From positions 1-64,000 of the forward strand of contig CBFFRP010000136.1 in assembly GCA_965644295.1 (NCBI GenBank): a DNA stretch of 64,000 bases. The letters are read 5' to 3'. Below the pieces are notes generated by a model that searched no databases, was not told where the DNA came from, and was given only the letters and a program-made list of their open reading frames with translations. Below are positions 28,601 to 41,425 of this stretch, one piece after another. The position numbers and the translations under genes were made by a program. Position 1 is the stretch's first letter. Every line of letters begins with the position of its first letter. The DNA comes from Paraphysomonas bandaiensis. Taxonomy: Eukaryota > Protista > Chrysophyceae.

Positions 28601-30875
28601 TGCTAGCACTATCATTACGTATTTTATTTTGTTTCTTTTCAGCTAGCACTCTTCTAGCGATTGTTGTTCGCACGAAGCATTGAATTGTAATAGCGGCCGT
28701 ATTTCTTAGGTTCTCGAGTTTCTCGCGTGCTATTCTTTCTTCTTCTAACACTTTTTTCCGCTCCTGCACTTTGTAATGGGCTTGTATTTTCGCCCTATAT
28801 ATTTTTTGAATAAGAATTGCGCAGCTCTTTATCTTTTTGTTCCACTCCCGCAAGCGACGAACCCTCAGTCGTCCCATGATTCCACGTTGTAACGCCTGTA
28901 TCTTGGTCGCAGCTCTAGCTTCGCGTTTCGCTTGTACAACAGCTTTAGCCTTCGACACTGCTACTATTCCTCGGAACCACACTAACAAAACGCCAGCAGC
29001 ACGCTTTATCCTCAGCATCATGCGGCGATGGAAAACTCGACATTTAGCGAGAAATACCCGTACAAGACACTGGATCACAATACTGTTTCTATGGCGAATA
29101 ATATTTCTGACTTTCACCTTGGCGACGAATCCTCTTCCAGCGCGCTGAATCTCCACACTGGCTGCTTCCTGCTCCCACCGATTTTGCCATTTTACTCGAA
29201 GGAGCCAGGGCTGGAACATACGCTGGTACTGACGGCGTAGTGCACCAGACAAAGTATTCGTAAAAATTTCAATACTTTTAGCTTTACAGTACTCCTTCGA
29301 CGTTTGTGCAATTACTGTCAGCTTTACGGCTTGCTTCAACCGAGTAAACGCCTTCAAGAGAGCAGCCTGCCGGAAGCTATCAAGCAATTCGTAAAACCTT
29401 TCAGCAGACATTCGTTGGCACTGTTTAATAGCGCGCTGCGACAGTGTTTTATCCTTGCCAAGAACTTCCCGAACATCACAGTTCGCATGCACCCACTTTA
29501 TGTTTTCAGCCATTACATCATCTATATGTGCCAATCCTTCTTGCGCAAGACGCAGCTCACGGCGCAAATCCTCTATTGCAGAAGCCTTATCGGTGTCCAT
29601 GTTAATACCCTCTCCAGGTCGCAAACACCGTGGGGTGTCCCGACCAAATGATCCATCGAAACCACCTTCATGCCTTAAAGTGGATGCTGCTTCCATTCGC
29701 TGAATCTTCTTCAACCGTAATGGAGCTAATCTCGAGGACTCATACAGTCCTAGAGCGGCAGTGGAGCTCTGCGGCTGGGACTTAGTCCGCAGTGACGCTG
29801 CAGTCGGGTTACAGAGCATGGACCCGCTTAGGTCAATCAGGGTGCGGGAGTGACCTGATGCACTCCTCCCAAAAGAGTTACCCGCCGCTATATCAGGGGA
29901 AAACAGATCACTGTTGCTGTGGCTTCTCAGCATGGCACTACTTTGGGACGGCTTGGAATACGCCGGTGTTGAATGCAAGGGTTCTACAAGCCCTTTTCGA
30001 GCCGACAGGGCATCTTGCATTAGCCGCAGTCGAACACTGTTTGATACAAAAGTCACCCACTTCTTCATATCCAACACACCACCATCCTCTTCCGTGGCAT
30101 GAGCCGCAGTAGTGGCTCCATTCTCCGAACCGGGAATGGTAGGCTCCTCAACGGCAGCCGCACTATCTGTCGAACTATTTGAATCCTCCACCCAAGCTCT
30201 TCGTATGCTCTTCTCAAGTGCATCACTATCAAGGTCGAGTTCACAGAAAGATATTAGCATTAGAGCATCACCGACTGTTAACAAGCCATCATCTCGAGTC
30301 ACAAGTTTCTATAAGTAACAAAATGAAAAAGTCTAGTCTAGAATAATATCTATACCTCATATCCTCGATGAAGATTAGAAACTGTAGAGCGCGTTTGAAA
30401 ACGAATATTAGAGTATTGAATATCGAGAACATCAATATCAGCTCCCGGACAGCCCCAAGTTCTACCCAAATTTTGAACCGTCTCTCTCGGAATCGCTTGC
30501 ACAACAGACTGCTCGTTGTGACGCAGAGAGTTAGATTTTGATGCTGCATTTTTTGCACCTCTTCGAGCTCTTCTGAATCTGAATAATTGAATGGACGCAT
30601 ATGATGAGAGACAGTCACAGTCATATTCTAGTATTCATCATACCGTTTCGGATTAAATCCCGTCTCTTCCTTCACTATTGACTGAATGACTTCATTGAGA
30701 TCACAGGAAGCAGATCGATTCCCTTTGCGCTATATAATATCACCCATATAAGGCTATCTATAGGATAGATGTGTATGTACAGTACCTTCCCATCTGCCAG
30801 CAGACTCTTAAGTGAACTCGAGTCAAATAACAATTTCCCACCACCATTTTTTTTATTGCTGCGATCAAGCGGCAT
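25624..30875 (-). CDS. Large IQ-motif and WW-domain protein (spliced)
   Basis: Many IQxxxRGxxxR motifs (EIQRAGRGFVAK, KIQALQRGIMGR, TIQRVIRGKLGR). Three C-terminal WW domains (e.g. WQEFWDEQAQAKYWYNNDTGEATWTMP). GT-AG introns join ORFs 30875, 30302 and 26646. Confidence 0.88.
27715..28212 (-). repeat. Coding tandem repeat, 111 bp / 37 aa x ~4.5
   Basis: Unit RPKSSSRLRSFMRSSSRDENDESIDTTDRPPSAKKED recurs at 27721, 27832, 27943, 28054, 28165. Confidence 0.95.
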
Positions 30876-31472
30876 GGTGTGTGTGAAGGTATTAATAACT
30901 ATGTTTCATGAGCTCTTATATAGGCTCTATGCTACTACCAGCATATTAGTATGTAATGATACAGTGATATATGCATGTATGTATGTATGTAAGTATGTGT
31001 AGGATCACGTAGCAGTGAAGTGTATAGAAAAGAAGTGGAAGTGAAGTGAAGTGGTATAACGACTGTGTGATCTACTCTTTATATGGACTCTGTATTTCTC
31101 TGTACTTCAGCGGTATTTAACGGTAGTATATAGTGTACAATATACGTTAATGTATTTCGAACAAAATGACTGGAATGTACTGTTGTTGTTGTACACTTCT
31201 ACAGCAGTACCAGAGTAGAGGTACGATTGTATTCCATTCATATACACTGTAGAGCAGTAAGCAGCAGTATGGTATATACCATCCATACATATACATACAT
31301 ACCTTACACAGCCTCTGGAATACTCTCATACAGTGATGTATCCGTACAGCATCCTCCATAGCATTGCAATGCATATAATTAACCACAAACACACGTTCAT
31401 CTTAATTCCAGACACTTTGAATTGCTCTGCATTTATCATAGTGATATTCTCGTTATCTGGCTCGTATCTGGA

Positions 31473-34400
31473 ATGGAAACGAAAAAGAAAACTTACGATT
31501 TAGATGCTCTGTTAGCTCAGAGTCAGAGTTTAAACACTCATCGAGATGGCTCCAAACGCATGCGACGAGGGGTAACTAGATAACACCATAACCCCTTTAG
31601 ATATAATGTTCAATCTACTCGTAACAGGTATCTGAGTTGGCGGATGCATCACGGCAGTTGGAGTCATCAGAGTCTCGTCGAAAGGGTGCATACGATGCAG
31701 GCTCTGATCAGAAAGCGTTTCGACTGTTATCTCAACAGGCATTTGATGCTGAAAGTCTTATGAACGAAGTCAACACAATGGAAATAAAGGTACTTTCTGG
31801 AGTGTGTGCTGCTCTAATGTATGCAAATTATAACTTTTCTATTTTCCTTCTAGGCACAGTTCGATCCTGTGGAACCACTGGAGGGAACAGACATTGAAGG
31901 CTATTTGGCGCACCATCACGACATGATTATAATAAAGGCTATTGATGATGCCAGACGAGTAGCAGATGAGGATGTAGCTGATATTCAGAAGAGGTGAGCT
32001 ATTTTTCGGCGTGGATGATGTGTTGATGTTTCTCCCAGGTGGGCAACAGAGGAGTGGGTATCGTCCAGGCGTAATATGATGGAGAGTCTTGGTCACCGTT
32101 CGCACATGTGGAAAAAAATGGGTTTAACTGCTTCACACCGAGATCAAACACCTGCAACTCATGGACGCCATTCCATGACTCCCTCTGGCCGAGATGCTCA
32201 TGAAACCTCCTCTCTCTACTTGCACTCGCGAGCACTTACAGACAGATCCCAGACGCCTGCTGCTGCCCCTGCTCATTCTGACTCGTCCAGTAAACAATAT
32301 CAGACAGCGCTTTTGAAGGATCATGCTGCAGTTGTCCGTGTCCTTCATCAGTCAGACCAGCAGGGCCATTCCCCTGGTGGTGGAGCTCTCGTGCTGTCAG
32401 AGACGGGAGAGGGAAGTAGAGCAACAGCGGCGCTTCAGCCTGCAACAGTCCTCGCGAATCAGTTAGACCCTTTCTCTGGTGGGGTGTCCGCATCTACAGC
32501 CGCCGCCCATGGAATGAATGAGTTGGATGTGATTGCTTATAGAAACCTTCTTGAGTTAGTGGCTGCCATGACAGGTATTGAACGTTGCACATATACACTT
32601 TCGTTGTCAATATTATTTGATAGGTGAAGGTGGAGACAGGGCACGCCCAGCAGGATTCTTTTCGCCCGTTGCTGTAGATCACCCCGATTTATCGCAGGAG
32701 GTGATTGGAGAGTGTAGGAGTGTACTTAGTACAGGGGCTCGCGGATTTCTTGAGCGCAAGTTTGAGGAGATGGTCTGTGCTGAGGTAGACGCCCGGTTAC
32801 CCTCCTCCAGTGCAAAGACACCAGACAGGTATGCTCTCGAATAGCGCGGCGAAATACCTTTTATGTTACTTGATGATGTTTAGTGCGGCCCGGTGGTCTT
32901 CTGGTCACGGACAGGGTGCGACCAAAAGTCGTCGGGAGAGAATGCGCGATTTCACCAAGCTACAATCTCTCCCGTCAGTATGCTTTAATGTAAAGGTTAA
33001 TTCATCAGTGTATGGCATGGAGGCGGACAGAGGAGTTGAGGTCCCAGTGTGGCCCCAGGTGTATTTCTGCCTGCGTGCTGGTGCTCTTCAAGAGGCACGC
33101 GCGATTCTTAAGTTCTGCATAGACGAAAACATAAGCGGGGTTGATGTCGACGCGTTCAGTGCCTTGGATGGCCTGTTAAAAATATCCGAGTGGGGGCAGG
33201 ATAGGGCGAGTGGCCATCTGCGTGCCGTACTTGCGTCGCTATCGCGGTGCGCCGGGCTGTACAAAGAAGCAGCTGCTCCGCAGTCCGGCAGGGCCTTAGG
33301 GGAGGGTGATTTTGAAGGGGATGATATGGACATGAGCTTGGCTTATAAGGATCCCTCAGACCCGTATCGTACACAGGTAGAGGGCAGTTTCCAGATGGTA
33401 TTTTTTTCTGACCGCAACTTGGCTTTTAGGTTCTTAATTTGCTTGGACTTGCGGATCTCGACGCTATTTGCACTGGAATGCATCTTGCTGATACGACTAT
33501 TGAGGACTTTTTGTGGGCATCTCTGTGGTTTGTTCATTGGTCGAAGCTGCTCGCGTCGTGCGCAAATTGTGCCGAAGCTCTAGGTGAGGTCGGTGGCGAA
33601 CATCTTCCTGTTCCGCCTTCCCTGCATAAGTCTGCGTCGCACACTATGGGAAAGCTCTCTGGTGGTGCCCATTCTCCCGCTGCCTTCCATTCAATGCTAG
33701 ATGCCCCACAATCCTCGCCAGGATTCCAAAAGCAGATGTCCAGCATGCCTACCTTCGGGCGACAGCATATGGATCAGACTGGTCCAACCACTCCTGTACG
33801 TCGCGACGTACTCAATACTATCAGACGACGCAAGTACGAGCATCTACCTCGAGAATACAGGTATGAAGTTGAGTTTATATAAAATTAATCAGCGTCATTG
33901 ATGCTTAGTGAGGGTGATATATGGATGCGCGCAAAGGATGCTGGAGGTGCCGAGTACTTCGACCCTTCAAAGACGGCCCCATTTACCTATGCCACAATTC
34001 TTTGCTGTTGTCACCGATTTGGGGATGCTATAGTTCATTTGTGGCAGGCGAATCGATCATTTCCTGCTGTCCACATCCTTGTCCTGGCCATGCATTATGG
34101 GCTCGTTCTTCCTCACCAACCACTGTTGTCTCCACGGGAAGGATGGTTTCGACAGGAAAGTGGACATGACGATGCAACAGGCTCCGATCTCTATCCGTCT
34201 TCGATTCTTTCTGTCTGGATATCCTCTTCCCGCATTGCACCGCTTGATATATGCCAGAAGGCGGACTACTTGGTGGCACTGAACTCGTCGTGGCTGAAAC
34301 ATGTAAAAGGATTAGGAAAGGACTTGACTGAAGTGTCGCGGTGAGCTTTGTGAGCATTGCAATACATAACCCCATTTCATCTGTTTTTACTACAGGTTCA

Positions 34401-35363
34401 AGACAAACGAAGAGATGATGAGGTCACTTGCAGAATTATTGTGCACTTTGAATCCTCATGATATGTCACTCCTTGTTGGTGATGAGAGCGAGAGCACGGG
34501 CACACGCTTATCTGGGCATCTTGATATTTACCTCGGCAGGGAAATGGTGGATACTCTGCTCGCGCGCACTGCACATACACTTCTCTCTGTGAAACGAGAT
34601 ATTGCTATGGGAATTAAACTATATGAACTTGTCGGGATGTATGTGGAGGTCCTTGAGGAGCTCTGCAATCAGTTATCACTTACCATGATCCTTCCCGCAG
34701 CCACTGCAGGGGGGCTTCTATCACTTCCTGGCGGTGGTGCTCAACAGAAAGCTACTCGAAAATACTGGAAGGATAGGTGTGAAGAGTTTTATAACCGACT
34801 TCTGAATACTTCTAGTAATGGCACTGGCGGAATTGTTACTGAAAGACTCCAACAGGCTGGAAGACTTGGACTAAGAGACACTTTTAAAGTGTTGCTGAAT
34901 TTGTCATTGTTTGTGGATAAGTGTTATGATGAAAGGTATGTCCGTATCTTCACATGAAGTATATATTAATTTGTGTGTGACAGATACAAAGAGGCACTTG
35001 AATATTTAGACGAATTGGGAGTTCTTCCTTCTCCTGGTTGCGACTCTGGTCAGGCAATGTCAGCAATGGCACATCGATTCAGTCAATTTGAAACCCCTGT
35101 AAAACGAGTCATGGACGATATTATGGTATTGTGTATGGAGTGTATCGGGAACATCTATCAACAAGTAAGTTTCTACTTTTTAAGTAGTGTTTTGTAGTTT
35201 ACCCATCTATTGCTAGGCGAAAAGGGAGGGCGATTCAAGATTGCAGGCAATGAGCTCTCGAGCCTCTGCCTTAGTCACATTTGCAGGATATGTTCAGCGA
35301 GGATTGTTTCGGCCAACTGATACTATGAATAAACTATCTGCTTTGGAAGTAAAGATAATGTGA
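31473..35363 (+). CDS. NUP93: Nucleoporin Nup93/Nic96 (multi-exon)
   Basis: EPLEGTDIEGYLAHHHDMIII, PVWPQVYFCLRAG, DPYR, TIEDFLW, AVHILVLAMHYGL, and C-terminal RASALVTFAG. Confidence 0.9.
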
Positions 35364-35708
35364 ACGTTTAGTGAATAGTATTCATTCAGCTTGTAGCTGT
35401 CCATAGATAATAGTATATTCACACGAATGAAAAGAGTATATCATATTCCCCATGGCAGTGGATAAAATTAAGAAGAGTAGCTGATATGCTATTTTATGGC
35501 TACGTATAGCCACGATTTCTTCGACTATGACTTTTCACTCATGCGTTAGAATATATAATATATTACGCAATCGTATATATTCAACGTCTATATATAAGGT
35601 TCTTGTCTTGAAACTACCAAATTTAATGTATATGTAAGACATGCCAATACTTTTTAAACCCTATTTTCCTAAAGATTGAGTAAATGAGCCTCCGTTAAGT
35701 GTTTTAAA

Positions 35709-35879
35709 CAGGGCCGCGTAACAAATTAATTGTAACAACCTGCTTCAATTAATAATTAATTGAAATTAATAGGAATATTTTAACACCATCAATATCAGTG
35801 TCTGCATTAGTTATTGAAATTATAATAATTGAAATTGGGACATCAAATCATAATTGCAATTATTATTGACCCCAGCTTG
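35709..35879. mobile_element. Possible old hAT-type MITE remnant
   Basis: Begins CAGGGCC like the 36627 element. AT-rich internal AATTAATT motifs, a degenerate right end and no clean TSD. Confidence 0.3.
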
Positions 35880-36626
35880 CTTCAAACACTACAATATCCA
35901 TAGGAATATATCTCACATAATAGTTCATTTAACGAATTGGCAATAAACTGCTACCAGAAGTCATTGCACGAGTGTTATTGGGAAAATAGCGATAATAACG
36001 AAGAGGTTGTAATAGAAACTTGGCAATGCCGAGAGAATAATGTAGAAAAGGTGTCCTGAAGCGAAACAAGGGTTATGGGTGGAACAACCTGTCGCAGCGT
36101 GCCATCAAACACGATGGATGGAAAATAAAGTTTTAGCTGCCCGGCGAGTTGGTGGTGCGATGGATAAATATGTCGAGCGCGAATTACCACCTGAAGCTCG
36201 TCCTGCACGACGTTCGCATATTGTTTGACGAACTCATCATAAGGCACCTGATTGCTGGGCGACAATTGGTGTGCACGGTGCAATGGCGCTTAAACTCTGT
36301 TGTTAAGAGACAGCTTTTTTTCTTTGAAAATCCAACGTTTATAAAATAAAACCGTCTACACGAGAGACGCTTATTTGTGTCCCTTGTACTACATAGACTA
36401 CATAGGTGTATTTGGCTAGAAGTAGGCAGAACAATATCTGCTGACTATATATGTGGATCACGTTAGTCCGACTTTGTTGATGGAGTGTAAGGTATATCTG
36501 AAAATTTAGTAGCAGGCAAATATTGCAAACTAAAAATCTTTATGACACTTCATGTTATGAACTAAAAAAAGCTATTTAGTGTTTAGTATTGCAGACTTCA
36601 AGATATTGTCAAGTGTTGCTCTGCAT

Positions 36627-36715
36627 CAGGGCCTGATAACCATTAATGGCCCATTAATGGTAGTCCGATTCCCGGCAATTATAATGGCATTACCATTAAT
36701 GGTTACCAGGCCCTG
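36627..36715. mobile_element. 89-bp hAT-type MITE
   Basis: TIR CAGGGCCTG(A/G)TAACCATTAATGG and a perfect 8-bp TSD CTCTGCAT (36619-36626, 36716-36723). Confidence 0.9.
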
Positions 36716-36743
36716 CTCTGCATGTAGTACACAGCAATGTTAG

Positions 36744-37021
36744 TTTCCCCGCAATATTAGCAGGCATAGTGCTTGCGTCATCTTCAATAACCTCGAGACA
36801 CACAGCACAAATTGGTGCACTTCCATCCACACTCTCCGCATTTCTACAGGTGCGAGAGTAATTTAATTACTCGACACAAGGAGTGTGACAAGTGGGTTCA
36901 CATGACCTGTAGAAATGCGGAGAGTGTGGATGGAAGTGCACCAATTTGTGCTGTGTGTCTCGAGGTTATTGAAGATGACGCAAGCACTATAGCACTATGC
37001 CTGTTAATATTGGAGGGAAAC
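36744..37021. repeat. Inverted repeat containing a PHD-finger-like fragment
   Basis: 36766-36851 is the exact reverse complement of 36905-36990; the outer extension is imperfect. The + strand reads ECDKWVHMTC...PICAVC. Confidence 0.88.
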
Positions 37022-37029
37022 GTGGAGTA

Positions 37030-37560
37030 AAGCATTTGAACTGCGCAGTGAAAGTTCAGTCCGAGTACGTCGTTGATTTATGTGTATATATATATTCAGC
37101 GCTATATTCATCTGTGGCTCTGATATCTAGGGTTCCGAAAGAATATAAAAACTCTTCGATGAGCCCTTGTGCCACCATGGCTTCTACACTGACCTTGAGA
37201 AGTATGATCTTGAAGGTTCCATTGACATTCCCGCTCACATTGTAGAAGTTTTCGTCTACATATTAGATACATATTAGAAAAGATAGTACGCCATTGCAAA
37301 GGAACTCACAAAACATAATTATAGAGCCAAAACCGATGATGAACATGACAACAGTGCATATGTTGAAAATCATATAGCCTGCCTTGTTTCCATTATACGC
37401 AAATAACGCCGCGAGAGTTACAAAAACAGGTCGAATAGTTAAAAACTGAAATAATCCGAATTTCACTCGATTATAAAACTTGAGGGGGTCAGAGGGACAG
37501 CAGAAGCATAGCTTACGGTCCTTGAGATTTCATGATCTTGAGACACATATCTGGTCCGCC
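37030..37560 (-). pseudogene. OST-alpha/TMEM184-like transporter fragment
   Basis: LFQFLTIRPVF and FKIILLKVSVEAMVAQGLI joined by a GT-AG intron (~37256-37308). Frameshifted 5' part, early stop and no clear start. Confidence 0.55.
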
Positions 37561-37827
37561 TAAGTTTGCAGTAATCATAGCAAAGAAACCACAGAAGGAT
37601 AATCCTGTTATATATATCAGTTAACAGGGAATTGATTGAAAGCAATAATAAAATCTGCGATAAAAATCAGTTAAACCTCCTTACAATGTTCTTCTTGGCT
37701 ACAAAAGAAATTAAACACAATACTCCTTTAATTAAAATTACATAGAGGGCACGAAAATTATTAACCTTGTTAACACTCATTCAAATGTATAACTGCACAT
37801 GTACTTTGCGTTTGTCATTTGTAATAT

Positions 37828-38193
37828 CTACTTCCTTCTCATTTTATTTTTCATCTTGTTGAATGATGCTTCTTTCATTTTGATACGGTTTTTAGTCGCC
37901 CTGACGTTGTCTTTCCGCCTTGGCTGATTGTGTCCAGTCACTGCGTTTGACAAGACAATAATGTCATTAATTTCGTGGGCAGCTTTGTTTGGAAAATGTC
38001 TCTGAATATTACTTTGTATATCATCTCTCTGAAGACCGGAAGACGTCAATCCTCGTATGGCTTTCTGCATTGATTGAGACACACCATGTTTCTCCAGTTT
38101 CTTCTCTGTTCTTGATGACTTCGATGCAGCATCCGTTAATAATAAACAAAACAAAAAGATCCAAAACATACGCATTGCATTGTGTAACCTCAT
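37828..38193 (-). CDS. Small basic protein with predicted signal peptide
   Basis: 121-aa ORF with MRMFWIFLFCLLLTDA hydrophobic N-terminus and a Lys/Arg-rich tail. Confidence 0.6.
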   Translation of the reverse strand: MRLHNAMRMFWIFLFCLLLTDAASKSSRTEKKLEKHGVSQSMQKAIRGLTSSGLQRDDIQSNIQRHFPNKAAHEINDIIVLSNAVTGHNQPRRKDNVRATKNRIKMKEASFNKMKNKMRRK

Positions 38194-39361
38194 CTTTACA
38201 ACTATAAGATTATCTTGCTTCGGATAGAGTCTATCCCACTTAACTGTACCTGCCTGTGTCTTATATATGTATATGTACGTACATACATGGTTGTTGGTAT
38301 ATTGAGGTGGTGGGATGGTTATTTCCGTTGCATACTTTTACTTGTCGTTTTTTTTGGTATATATGTGAAAATAGGGGATTAATCCGACTGTAGTCACGAA
38401 AATTTAGGATTTATAATAAAAAATTGATGTTGACCAGTTAAAATGCTCTATTGATGATCGAGAGCGATATATTGGTCCAGCTTGTTGCAGTAATTCAATT
38501 AAGACAAATTCGATCCTGCAGGTGGATACATACATACATAGAACACAATAAACACCAGTGTGTATGCATGTAACTGATACGATGAAGGTACTATTATTAC
38601 CCTCATAGTACGGTTTAATTTTAAGTTATATTCTGGTGTTGTAGAGACTGACGATCGTGCTTTCACGTGCATTTATCAAGCGGAACACAGAGAGAGGCAC
38701 TAGCATCAATGTATAGATATCTGATGACATGTTATTTTGTCGATCGGTGAAATTTAAATAGACATGTTTGGACAGTATTTTCTACTTAACTAGTATTCCG
38801 ACTAGTAGGGAGAAATGTGGTGTATCTTGTGACAATAAAGATCTAATTTAAACATTTATCATAGCAACTTTCGAGCCTATTAAACCCAGTGTAAAGTAAC
38901 TACTGACTAGTTCATTCAACAACTACCAAGCAAACAGCGCACTATATATCTAAATATTTTGTATCACTCCATGTCCAGCATAATATGATAAGATATAGTT
39001 ACTTCATATTTACAACATGAACCACATCAGACTGTGTGCTAAAGAACATAACTACAACTGCAACAGGCCATGGATGTTCGCATCAAATATTTCATATACA
39101 GTGCATAGTACCACTATGTTATTATGTTTTGTTTGCTCATACTAATCAATCTATATATCTAGTTATCAGTCTATTCATCTGACTAGAGCTATATTAACTA
39201 CTCCTACATCGAATACATAGAACATTAAACAGCTATGTTTGAAGAATATTCAAACTAATTCATCTCAAATTGCCTCCGTCGGGCGGGGCGAATCGATTAA
39301 TGCACTTCGATGAGTTGCAGTGTTGCGTATGTATATAGCAGACCGTGATCGTATAGCACAT

Positions 39362-40753
39362 CTATGATGTAGCTTCACTGCTGGGAGGTGAGATATATTC
39401 TGACAATAATGCGATGAAGTCGTCGGTCTCCTGTATATCACAAAGATTTAGAGCGACAGAGATATCAAGGTGGGAAGCACCTGTATGTTCTTCGTTTTAA
39501 ATAGGTAAGACACTGGAACGAGCTCACCCTCCTGTTCCGTATTTTCTGTGTTTTCTGTGTTTTCTGTCTTTTCAGCTTTATCGTTGTCCACTGAGAAAGA
39601 ATCTGAGCTAGGCAATGGAGTAGGAGTCTTCTTCGTAAAGCATGTCAACCTAGTCGCTTTTTCGCCCTGTTTGGCAACCGTAACATGGGAGTCTATGAGA
39701 GTGTTAAGCAGTAGTTTGGTTCCTAAATATACAGTGATAAGTGTTGATATCCCCAGAGCATTTTACAGCACTCACCGACGCCCCCCGGGGTTCCTTCCCG
39801 TCGCATCACCAAGCGAGCTACCATTTTCGTGTCATTACTTTCACCAGCAGTATTGCTATCTTTACTAGGTCGAAGGATCCGAACAGGGCCTGTTCCCATC
39901 TCGACCCACTCACTTCTTCCTGAATCAGTTGACCCATCTGACCGACGGGTGAGGCGGAATAGCTTTACACGCAGCTGTAATACGCATTCCTCTCCTGCCT
40001 CGCCGTTGTCAACCTTGCTCGGGGCAAGGAGGACGGGAGAAGAAGCACCCGACCGACATCCTTCTCCCCCAAAGACAGATTGCGGTTCTTCTTCCCCACT
40101 GTCTTCCTCGTCCTTTTCCTCCTTCGCAGTATCACCACTGGCATCAACCTTCCCTGTATCAGATGAAGTTGCCGATTCCGTTGTGGCTGTTTTATCTCCA
40201 TCTTGAGCATTGGATGCATCCGTGTTTCCACTGTCCTTCACAGAGACACCACTGGCCATTTTGTCCCAAAAATTATTCTTACCGCTTACGTAGGACATAA
40301 ACGGGTTGTGTGCAGGGTTAGGTGTCGAAAAAGGATTAGGTTTGGGAGACTTCGGAGATGATCGAAGCGCTGGCGGGCCCATTTTGCCAATAGCCTCGAA
40401 CGGGTTCACTTTAGCATAGGCAGAAAATCCTAGATATTAGAATTACAATGGTCCACATTTTCAAATACTAGCATTACCACTTGATTTATTGTCTTTATTG
40501 GTGGTGTCCGCACTAGTATTTGTGCTGGTAGAAAATGCACCAGACGCTTTGACAATCCTATGAGCATCATCAGTTAGACTATCCGCTGCATATAAAAAAA
40601 TACTCCAGTACACCTTCGCTTTTCAAGAACTTCGGCTGGGGCTCTATCCCAAGTTGATTTATTATTTTCATGTGTACCGACACCACCATCACCCTCAGCG
40701 TTTTCTACATCCTCTTTCACTAGTTGAGACTCAGCTACACGTTTATTGGACAT
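39362..40753 (-). CDS. NUP50: Nup50/Nup2-like nucleoporin with C-terminal Ran-binding domain (spliced)
   Basis: N-terminal MSNKRVAESQLVKED...RAPAEVLEKRRIVKA. RanBD: NGEAGEECVLQLRVKLFRL, EWVEMGTGPVRIL, ARLVMRRE, TKLLLN. Confidence 0.85.
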
Positions 40754-41000
40754 GGAGATATACAAATCACTGATCCAGTGACAATGAAAACAATGAACTA
40801 CAGCAAATTGATATGTTGATATTGACCAGCTATGTGCTATCTGACTATGCAACATGCACTGCACAATCCGCCATATATTATACCTGTATATAATATCCGC
40901 CTGTAGTATGAGTATGACTGTATGCTCATCCATAGATACATACGAAGGAGTATACTGCAGTAGGGTATATGTATACCGCAGTATATCATACCACACCAAA

Positions 41001-41425
41001 GCTGCATTCGTAAGCAGGCGAGAGTCAAGTAGGGACAGAGAGGATCAGAACACAGCGATGCCATGCTGGGATGTACCACAAAGACAGCAGAGACGAGGAC
41101 TGGGATCGAACAGACAGAGAGACATTAACAGAAAACCACTCAAACAGTAAACCACTCATATGCTGGGGATGTGGCGAGCCGGGTCATCGGTTGAATGAAT
41201 GGCTCACACCCAGAAGTGAGTGCATTCTTCAGAGTCACTGTGCACTGCTTTTCCTCGGTTTCCTGGCTGTCTGGAAATTCATTCAACCGATGACCCGGCT
41301 CGCCACATCCCCAGCGTATTAATGTCTCTCTATCTGTTCCTCGTCTCTGCTGTCTTTGTGGTACGTCGCTGTGTTCTGATCCTCTCTTGTCCTTACTCGA
41401 CTCTTGTCTGCTTACGAATGCAGCT
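41001..41425. repeat. Inverted duplication of the gag zinc-knuckle region
   Basis: The + copy at 41001-41200 is inverted relative to 41277-41425. The + copy carries three extra blocks. Confidence 0.85.

Noticed and set aside
35975-36349. GC-richer coding-like patch, possibly a transposase remnant
   Set aside because: No motif I could assign, and the frames are short and interrupted.
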